Translations under genes and position numbers: made by a program | From: Deltaproteobacteria bacterium RIFCSPHIGHO2_12_FULL_43_9 | GTDB taxonomy: Bacteria; Bdellovibrionota; O2-12-FULL-43-9 | Length of the DNA stretch: 32,030 nucleotides | NCBI GenBank assembly: GCA_001798265.1 | Contig: MGRR01000030.1 | Span: 1-32,030, forward strand | Direction of reading: 5' to 3' | The notes under the pieces: model-generated | What the model was told of the DNA's origin: nothing | The model's database searches: none | Seen by the model: the letters and a program-made list of their open reading frames with translations, nothing else | In this document: in pieces, positions 26,258-32,030 of the stretch | How positions within the stretch are numbered: the stretch's first letter is position 1 | How the letters are laid out: each line of letters opens with the position of its first letter

Positions 26258-27178
26258 ATGAAATCTTGTCCAATATGTAATTCTTCAGAGACTAATGCAA
26301 TATTAAAATCAGAAAAAGAATTCCTTTCTAATACTATATTTGATATTCGCGAATGCTTTGAATGTGGTGTCTCATATACAGATCCACGACCTGATAATCT
26401 CGACCCATATTATCCCACAAATTATCGGGGTTATAATTTTGTAATCAACAAGTTGTTAAAAATGTTTTACCAGGGAAGAATTAATGGATGGACAAGGAGG
26501 TTTAAAAAGCCCGGGAAGGTACTGGAAATCGGTTGCGGACCCGGGTATATGCTTGATGTTTTTCGTAAAAAAGGATGGCGGGTGCTGGGTCTTGAAAGGT
26601 CGGCTGATACAGCCAGATATGCACAAGAGGTTCTTGGGCTCGATGTTTTTGTCGGGGACATCGATTTGATCCCTGAGAAAAGGGAATATGATTTAATTAT
26701 CATTTTTAACGTTCTCGAGCATGTTACTGACCCAACTACTATTTTACGGGGATGCGCAAAACGTTTAAAACCCGAAGGAACTTTAATAATAAATATCCCT
26801 AATATTAACAGCTTACAGGCAAGATATGCAGGCTCCCACTGGTCGCATCTTGATCCACCGAGGCACCTTTTCTATTTTACGCCGAAATCATCGGAGAATA
26901 TACTGTCAAAATGTGGACTTACAATAAATGATATCAAATACAATTCATTTGAATTTGATTCATTTGGTTGGTTACAAAGTTTAATAAATAAGATAACGGG
27001 ACATTATAATGTATTCGCATTGTATCTAATGGGAATTGAACCATTTAGTCGAAAGGTAGTGTTAGCAATGGCTTTGTCTTTTTTTCTTATAATTCCATCA
27101 TGTGTTTTATCAATTGTGGGGAGGCTCACTAAAAGTGGTGCGCTCATGCAGGTGAGTGCCCGGCCGAACTTATTATGA
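26258..27178 (+). CDS. Class I SAM-dependent methyltransferase with an N-terminal Cys4 zinc-ribbon and a C-terminal TM anchor
   Basis: CPICNS...CFECGVSY ribbon and VLEIGCGPGYMLDVF (SAM motif I). C-terminal hydrophobic stretch VVLAMALSFFLIIPSCVLSIVG. Start chosen at the ATG at 26258 (MKSCPICN), not 26213. Confidence 0.7.
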   Translation: MKSCPICNSSETNAILKSEKEFLSNTIFDIRECFECGVSYTDPRPDNLDPYYPTNYRGYNFVINKLLKMFYQGRINGWTRRFKKPGKVLEIGCGPGYMLDVFRKKGWRVLGLERSADTARYAQEVLGLDVFVGDIDLIPEKREYDLIIIFNVLEHVTDPTTILRGCAKRLKPEGTLIINIPNINSLQARYAGSHWSHLDPPRHLFYFTPKSSENILSKCGLTINDIKYNSFEFDSFGWLQSLINKITGHYNVFALYLMGIEPFSRKVVLAMALSFFLIIPSCVLSIVGRLTKSGALMQVSARPNLL

Positions 27179-28941
27179 TCCAGCAGAAGCACCGAAATAG
27201 TTATGGATATATTCTTATACTTTTGTATGTAGCATTACATTACATCTCTATAAGCGGAATATATCTTCAATTTACAAGGGATGTACTCCCATCGGGTGAT
27301 CCATTTACTTATACCGTCGGTTTTTTTAATCTCCTTGATCTTGCACGGAAAGATTTCTGGGAAGCACTTCATCGTGCTTTTACCTCAAACTGGTACTGGC
27401 TTATCAACATCCAGACTGTACTCTTTTCACCAATTTTAATTAAGGAGCCATTCTCGATAGCTATTGTAAATTACATAATGTGGGCCTTGGCCAGCATATC
27501 AATGTTCAGGCTTTGTCGCTTAATAGAGCTTGATTTTGTATTCTCGTTTTTGGCTACATTTTTAATCTGGTTTTTCCCGATTAATTTTGGCTTTTTGGAC
27601 TATACATCGATGCCGGTTCTTGGCCTCGATTCTATATTCTTTGCTGCCCTGCAGATGGCGCTCTTCAATACTTTTATTTATGCACTTGATCCGCAGAAAT
27701 TAAAGAATGCAATTATTGCAGGGCTTTCTTTTGGTATTGCAGTGTGGGGTAGAGGGAATTCTCTCATTGTTGTCGGTATGACAATTTTTTTACCCATACT
27801 CGTTGTTTTTATACAGCTTTTAAAGACCAGGAGAAAGCAGCTGATTATTCCATTCTTTATGTTTGCAATTATAAGCATTGCAATGACATCTATTTATTTC
27901 ATTCTTCAAGGCGGGGGGATTGTTGGTTATTATGGTCATCACGCAAATTTTGTGACGAGACACGCTTGGAATGTGCATGACGCGATGCCATATTTTAATA
28001 ATTTACCAGGATTTTTCATCTGGAGAGATGAGAATTCAGTCCCAACAATCTTAATTACTATATTACTCCATATTATGACTGTTGTGAGTCTGGTAATGTC
28101 ATTTAAGAACAGGAAAAAAAGCAAATTATATAGCACACTCTATTTTATATGCGTCACAGGTGTATTTATATATGTCACAACATACCTTATTAATATCATT
28201 TTCTTCACCGATCCCCTTATGACCATCTATAACTGCCTGTTAATTTATGCACCAATGCGTATAGGAATTACGCTTTCACTCTTCACCTTGTTGGCAACCC
28301 TAGTTTTAAATAGAAAAATATTACTGAAGCCGTGGTTGTTAATTTTAGGTTTCATCATTTTTATTTCATATGGAATTATTTTTACAAAGCATAACACACC
28401 TAAATCAATTTTCCCGCCGTTTGCATCGAAGGTGGAGGCTGTTGCCAAAAATATAGATGAGATTTTAGAGGGGAAATCGCTCAGTATGTTTTGGTATCAA
28501 TCATACAGCCCTAGGATATTAAACTATTACAGAGTAAAAAATAGTCAGCCTGAAATCAATTTCTATATGAACAGATATTATAATGATATCTGGCAGCAAT
28601 ACGACTACTCAGAGTCAAAGCGTTTAAAGGTTCGTGAGGAGCTGAAAAATCATTTTGAAGAGGCCTCAATAATTCTTATCCCTGAGTATGTTGATTATTT
28701 CAATAGCCATTTCGCGACTGCATTTGCTGTAATGAAGGATGAGTTTCCAAAATACTTGAATTCCTCTGCCAGTAAACAATTTGTTGTGCGTGGAGTCCTT
28801 CAGGACCGAGATGGTATGAGGCTTTTATTGCTGCAGCGAAAAACCGAGGCAAAGGGTCGTGGAGAGCCGCTTAAATTGCCATATGGACTTTCAACTGATG
28901 CCATTAAGGTAGATTATGGTGAAAAGGTTATTAGGTTTTAA
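27175..28941 (+). CDS. Large polytopic membrane protein, family B (paralogue of 2381..4141)
   Basis: 588-codon ORF with an ATGA overlap with the preceding methyltransferase gene. Shared blocks are listed under 2381..4141. Confidence 0.6.
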   Translation: MIQQKHRNSYGYILILLYVALHYISISGIYLQFTRDVLPSGDPFTYTVGFFNLLDLARKDFWEALHRAFTSNWYWLINIQTVLFSPILIKEPFSIAIVNYIMWALASISMFRLCRLIELDFVFSFLATFLIWFFPINFGFLDYTSMPVLGLDSIFFAALQMALFNTFIYALDPQKLKNAIIAGLSFGIAVWGRGNSLIVVGMTIFLPILVVFIQLLKTRRKQLIIPFFMFAIISIAMTSIYFILQGGGIVGYYGHHANFVTRHAWNVHDAMPYFNNLPGFFIWRDENSVPTILITILLHIMTVVSLVMSFKNRKKSKLYSTLYFICVTGVFIYVTTYLINIIFFTDPLMTIYNCLLIYAPMRIGITLSLFTLLATLVLNRKILLKPWLLILGFIIFISYGIIFTKHNTPKSIFPPFASKVEAVAKNIDEILEGKSLSMFWYQSYSPRILNYYRVKNSQPEINFYMNRYYNDIWQQYDYSESKRLKVREELKNHFEEASIILIPEYVDYFNSHFATAFAVMKDEFPKYLNSSASKQFVVRGVLQDRDGMRLLLLQRKTEAKGRGEPLKLPYGLSTDAIKVDYGEKVIRF

Positions 28942-29032
28942 CTTGTAGAGCAGGTAGGAATTGACTAAATGCCGGTATTTTTCTTATCCTACTTTTTTAT
29001 AGTGGTTTTGCAAAGTACCAATAGGATTAACA

Positions 29033-30049
29033 ATGCATCCTAGGACCCTCCTTACACTGGATCTTGTCCGCTCCTTTCCAAGGGCGGACCACAAGCTTTC
29101 AAAACTTTTAGCCTATACATTATATATGCTTGATCCTATTTTGGGCGACAGATTGTCAGTAGCCTCCAGGTGGAGGGGGGCGCATCCACTACACGCCTTT
29201 ATACTGTTAACCACTCGATGTAATATGAGTTGTGAGGATTGTTTCTTTGTTGACGTTATCAACGATAAGAGTGTTGGCCATCTTGACTATAATTTAGATG
29301 AAATTAAAAAAGTTTATAAATCTGGCCTCTTCAATACCGTGAGCCGTGTAATTTTGTATGGTGGTGAGCCTACCCTGTGTAAGGATCTCTACCCAATTAT
29401 CAGATTTTTCCGTCAGCGTGGGATTGTAGTAAGCATGACGTCCAATGTGATACGCATTGATCGTAAGATCCTTGAAGAGCTTAAGAGTGCCGATCTTAAC
29501 ATGCTTAATCTCAGCATATACAAAGAGACCAGCCGTGGTGTTAGGAGGAATCTGGAATATATAGAAAAAGTACTCGAAGATGCCCGCAGTGGCGCCTTTG
29601 ATCCGGAACGGATTGAAATCAGCTATCACGGCGTTGATGTTGAGAGTTACCGCTGGGCGTATGATTTCGCCAAGCAGGTCGGGGCACGCCATCTGCTTTT
29701 TAACAGGACATTTTATACCGATTATAATCCCAAGGATGGTGGCTTTGCAGAGAACGAAGAATTTGCCGATGAGTATGTCTCCCTTTGCCGGCGTATAGAA
29801 AAAGAGAAACAGCTTAATTTCTACCACGCTACATACCGGGGCACACCTAATACATGTTCATTTACAACAAATGCATTTGCTGTTGGTCCCGTAGAGACCC
29901 TGAGCCCATGTTGCATGGTAACCCCAGACAAAAAATTTGGTTCAATATCGGAACCGGGGCCACTAATAGATTTTAAAAATGGTTTTTTATCAAAACAGGT
30001 CCCGAACCTTTGTAAAGAGTGTCATTTGCTTGGCACAAAACATTTTTAA
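29033..30049 (+). CDS. Radical SAM enzyme with a Cys-rich C-terminal auxiliary-cluster (SPASM/twitch-like) region
   Basis: LTTRCNMSCEDCFF (CxxxCxxC), ILYGGEPTL (GGE motif), and C-terminal Cys pattern CSF...SPCCMV...LCKECH. Start is uncertain: an alternative ATG lies at 29126. Follows a 91-nt gap, the largest inside the plus operon. Confidence 0.7.
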   Translation: MHPRTLLTLDLVRSFPRADHKLSKLLAYTLYMLDPILGDRLSVASRWRGAHPLHAFILLTTRCNMSCEDCFFVDVINDKSVGHLDYNLDEIKKVYKSGLFNTVSRVILYGGEPTLCKDLYPIIRFFRQRGIVVSMTSNVIRIDRKILEELKSADLNMLNLSIYKETSRGVRRNLEYIEKVLEDARSGAFDPERIEISYHGVDVESYRWAYDFAKQVGARHLLFNRTFYTDYNPKDGGFAENEEFADEYVSLCRRIEKEKQLNFYHATYRGTPNTCSFTTNAFAVGPVETLSPCCMVTPDKKFGSISEPGPLIDFKNGFLSKQVPNLCKECHLLGTKHF

Positions 30050-30068
30050 TACATGGAGTTAAACTGAA

Positions 30069-31520
30069 ATGTCACCAGTCGAAGAACAGACAGGAAAAAG
30101 AGTACTCCTTATTAGACCGCGGGATAATATGCCGGCTTTCTGGTTTCCACTTGGACTTGCTTTTATTAAAAGTAATATACCGAGCAGGCACACAGTTGAG
30201 ATATTAGATTGTGCGCTAAGAAGTATCCCTGCCAACTCCCCGCAGTTCAGGGAGGAGATTGAAAGGTTCAACCCCGATGTTGTAGGGGTTTCAACGCTTA
30301 CCTTGACCTATAAGGAAGCGCTAAATGTTTTAAGGGAGATAAAGGCATTCAATGAAAATATTGTTACCGTCATTGGTGGACCTCATCCTACCCTTTATCC
30401 AGAGAAGGTTTTTGGAGAAAAGCCGGTTGATTACATTATCAGGGGAGAAGGTGACGTAGCATTCTCCAACCTTTTAGATTATCTCGAAGGAAAAATTGAC
30501 ATAAAGTCAGTGCCTGGAATTGTATATGAAGAGAATGGAAATATTGTAAATAATGATGTCTGGCTTGAATGGGACATGGATAGAATCAAATATCCAGACT
30601 ATACCGCTGCCGGTTTAGATGCATATTACAAAAAAGGGTATAGGTATGGGGGATTTTATGGAAAATGTGCCCCTATATGGGTTACCAGGGGCTGCCCATA
30701 CGCCTGTAAGTTTTGCTCTTCACCACTTATTAATGGGAAAAAGATCCGTGGACATTCTCCAGAGTGGATTAACGGTCTTATAAAACATCTATACGATCAG
30801 TACGGAGTGAGACAGTTCACGATTGTAGACGATAATTTCACATTTGAAATTGATTATGCCAAAACATTTTGCAGAGAGATTATTAAATTAAAAGAAAATA
30901 ACCAATTCCCGGAAGGGATAATGTTTACCACGCCTAATGGTATTAGAATGCAACGAATTGATGATGAGCTGCTACAACTTATGAAGCAGGCTGGTTGGGA
31001 GGGGGTTACTGTTGCACCTGAGAGTGGATCGAAAAGGATACTAAAAATAATGCAAAAGGGCCTAGATCCTTCGATCGTACCTGGATGCGTTGATAGAATA
31101 AAGGCAGTAGGATTAAAGGTCAGAGCCTTTTTTATTGTCGGTTATCCGGGGGAAACGAAGGAAGATACTCGTGATACGATAAAACTTTTAAGAAAGTGCA
31201 AAATAGACGCCTTTATGGTTAGTTTGTTTCATCCAATTCCTGGAACACCTGTATATGATGATTTGGTAGCGCAGGGAAAAATTTCAGATGATTTTGTACC
31301 AGATTCGTTTTCTAACGCGATAGTACCAAAAATTTTAAGAAGAACTAATACTGAAAAATATATTACCGAGGGTTTCGAAGACTTTAGTCTGTTTTGGTTT
31401 GCGTTACGTGAAAACCTGTTATTATGGTTTAGAAATCCGAGGAGCTTTATCTATTTTATTAAACTTAACGGGTTTTTTAATGTAATTAAAAAACTCTATC
31501 AGCTTGCAACTTATAAATAG
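30069..31520 (+). CDS. Cobalamin-binding-domain radical SAM enzyme (class B radical SAM)
   Basis: N-terminal B12-binding-like region (VLLIRP...VGVSTLT...IGGPHPT...IIRGEGD) and cluster motif GCPYACKFCSS. GGAG 13 nt upstream of the ATG. Confidence 0.75.
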   Translation: MSPVEEQTGKRVLLIRPRDNMPAFWFPLGLAFIKSNIPSRHTVEILDCALRSIPANSPQFREEIERFNPDVVGVSTLTLTYKEALNVLREIKAFNENIVTVIGGPHPTLYPEKVFGEKPVDYIIRGEGDVAFSNLLDYLEGKIDIKSVPGIVYEENGNIVNNDVWLEWDMDRIKYPDYTAAGLDAYYKKGYRYGGFYGKCAPIWVTRGCPYACKFCSSPLINGKKIRGHSPEWINGLIKHLYDQYGVRQFTIVDDNFTFEIDYAKTFCREIIKLKENNQFPEGIMFTTPNGIRMQRIDDELLQLMKQAGWEGVTVAPESGSKRILKIMQKGLDPSIVPGCVDRIKAVGLKVRAFFIVGYPGETKEDTRDTIKLLRKCKIDAFMVSLFHPIPGTPVYDDLVAQGKISDDFVPDSFSNAIVPKILRRTNTEKYITEGFEDFSLFWFALRENLLLWFRNPRSFIYFIKLNGFFNVIKKLYQLATYK

Positions 31521-31535
31521 ACTGGTTTTGCAGAT

Positions 31536-32030
31536 ATGATTATTTCAAAAACCCCATTAAGAATAAGCTTTGCCGGAGGTGGCACTGATTTCCCATCGTT
31601 TTATAAAAACAATGATTTTGGAGCCGTAATCAGTACTTGCGTAGATTCTTTCCTCTACGTCTCAGTAAAAAGGCATTCTCCATTATTTGATGAAAGAATA
31701 AGGCTGAATTATTCAGAAACGGAACTGGTACATGATATAGATAAAATAGAAAATTCGATTATCAGGGAGTCCCTGAAGTTTTTGGGCATTGACGATAGAA
31801 TATATATATCTACAGTCTCCGATGCTCCGGCAAAGTCGGGACTTGGTTCCTCCAGCACATTCTGCGTCGGTCTTTTAAATGCTTTGTACAAATTTAAGGG
31901 GATGAATGTATCAGCGGGCAGACTGGCGGAAGAGGCTGCACATATAGAAATAGGCATTCTTGGAAGACCCATGGGAAAGCAGGACCAATATGCTGCAGCA
32001 TTTGGTGGTTTAAACTACTTTGAATTCTAT
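31536..32030 (+). CDS. hddA: GHMP-family sugar kinase, D-glycero-alpha-D-manno-heptose 7-phosphate kinase-like (HddA). 3-prime end lies outside the window.
   Basis: Absent from the ORF track because no stop is reached. ATG at 31536 opens a frame of 165 codons running to the window edge: MIISKTPLRISFAGGGTDFPSFY...SDAPAKSGLGSSSTFCVGLLNAL...GKQDQYAAAFGG. It has the GHMP motif II (P-x-x-SGLGSSS) and the N-terminal RISF.GGGTD block typical of the HddA/fucokinase clade. Confidence 0.75.
   Translation, partial: MIISKTPLRISFAGGGTDFPSFYKNNDFGAVISTCVDSFLYVSVKRHSPLFDERIRLNYSETELVHDIDKIENSIIRESLKFLGIDDRIYISTVSDAPAKSGLGSSSTFCVGLLNALYKFKGMNVSAGRLAEEAAHIEIGILGRPMGKQDQYAAAFGGLNYFEFY

Noticed and set aside
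28954-29000. Possible intrinsic terminator (ggtagga ... tcctac followed by TTTTTTAT) after 27175..28941
   Set aside because: The stem is only 6 bp with a loop of about 27 nt, which is far from a canonical terminator hairpin. The T-run may simply reflect AT-rich spacer DNA.
28969-29043. 24-codon mini-ORF (MPVFFLSYFFIVVLQSTNRINNAS) with AGGTAGGA upstream, just before and overlapping the SPASM-type radical SAM gene. Considered as a possible RiPP precursor.
   Set aside because: ORFs of this length arise easily by chance in AT-rich DNA. The peptide is a hydrophobic stretch without Cys or other residues typical of radical SAM-modified cores, and the surrounding genes are all carbohydrate-related. 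It would only be worth revisiting if conserved next to homologues.
29294-29827. 177-aa minus-strand ORF inside the radical SAM gene 29033..30049
   Set aside because: The plus frame carries the CxxxCxxC, GGE and C-terminal Cys motifs. The antisense ORF has none and is a shadow ORF.
8047-31520. Reading the radical SAM-rich locus as a lipid (ladderane/hopanoid-type) or RiPP biosynthetic cluster
   Set aside because: The window has no acyl carrier protein, ketosynthase, squalene/hopene cyclase, precursor peptide, protease or RiPP recognition-element gene. Every neighbour with a recognisable motif is a sugar-nucleotide or glycosyl-transfer enzyme.

Overview
AT-rich bacterial chromosomal segment: hand-counted 60-nt stretches give about 35-38 % G+C. 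It is almost entirely coding. I see no rRNA, tRNA, CRISPR array, transposase or integrase. I call 25 complete CDS plus one CDS truncated by the window end.

Layout:
- (i) 100..2301 on the minus strand.
- (ii) 2381..8011 on the plus strand, three membrane-protein genes.
- (iii) A two-gene segment, 8047..10128, that looks inserted.
- (iv) Two long divergent operons leaving a 79-bp region at 20052..20130. The minus operon runs 20051 down to 10177; the plus operon runs 20131 to the window end. Many start/stop overlaps (ATGA type) indicate translational coupling.

Content: a roughly 32-kb cell-envelope glycan island.
- All four enzyme activities of the GDP-D-glycero-alpha-D-manno-heptose pathway are present: GmhA, an HddC-GmhB fusion, and a partial HddA.
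- A contiguous cassette follows gmhA: Gmd-like 4,6-dehydratase, NDP-hexose C-methyltransferase, RmlC-like epimerase, SDR reductase.
- Also present: two further SDRs, two GT2 enzymes (one GtrB/ArnC-like), two Zn-ribbon SAM methyltransferases and a P-loop uridine-kinase-like protein.
- Four radical SAM enzymes: three with cobalamin-binding domains, one with a Cys-rich SPASM/twitch-like tail.
- Seven very large polytopic membrane proteins, falling into three paralogue pairs plus a singleton. Several carry GT-C-like first-loop motifs.

Structural oddities:
- A GC-rich composite palindromic repeat element sits in frame inside gene 100..2301.
- A 47-nt relic copy of the 3-prime end of gene 6215..8011 lies 2.1 kb downstream, so the B12-radical-SAM plus small-ORF segment is bracketed by direct repeats.
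- A short C-terminal module is shared between otherwise different membrane proteins.

All functional calls come from motif recognition by eye. No database search was possible, and the taxon cannot be determined from the window.
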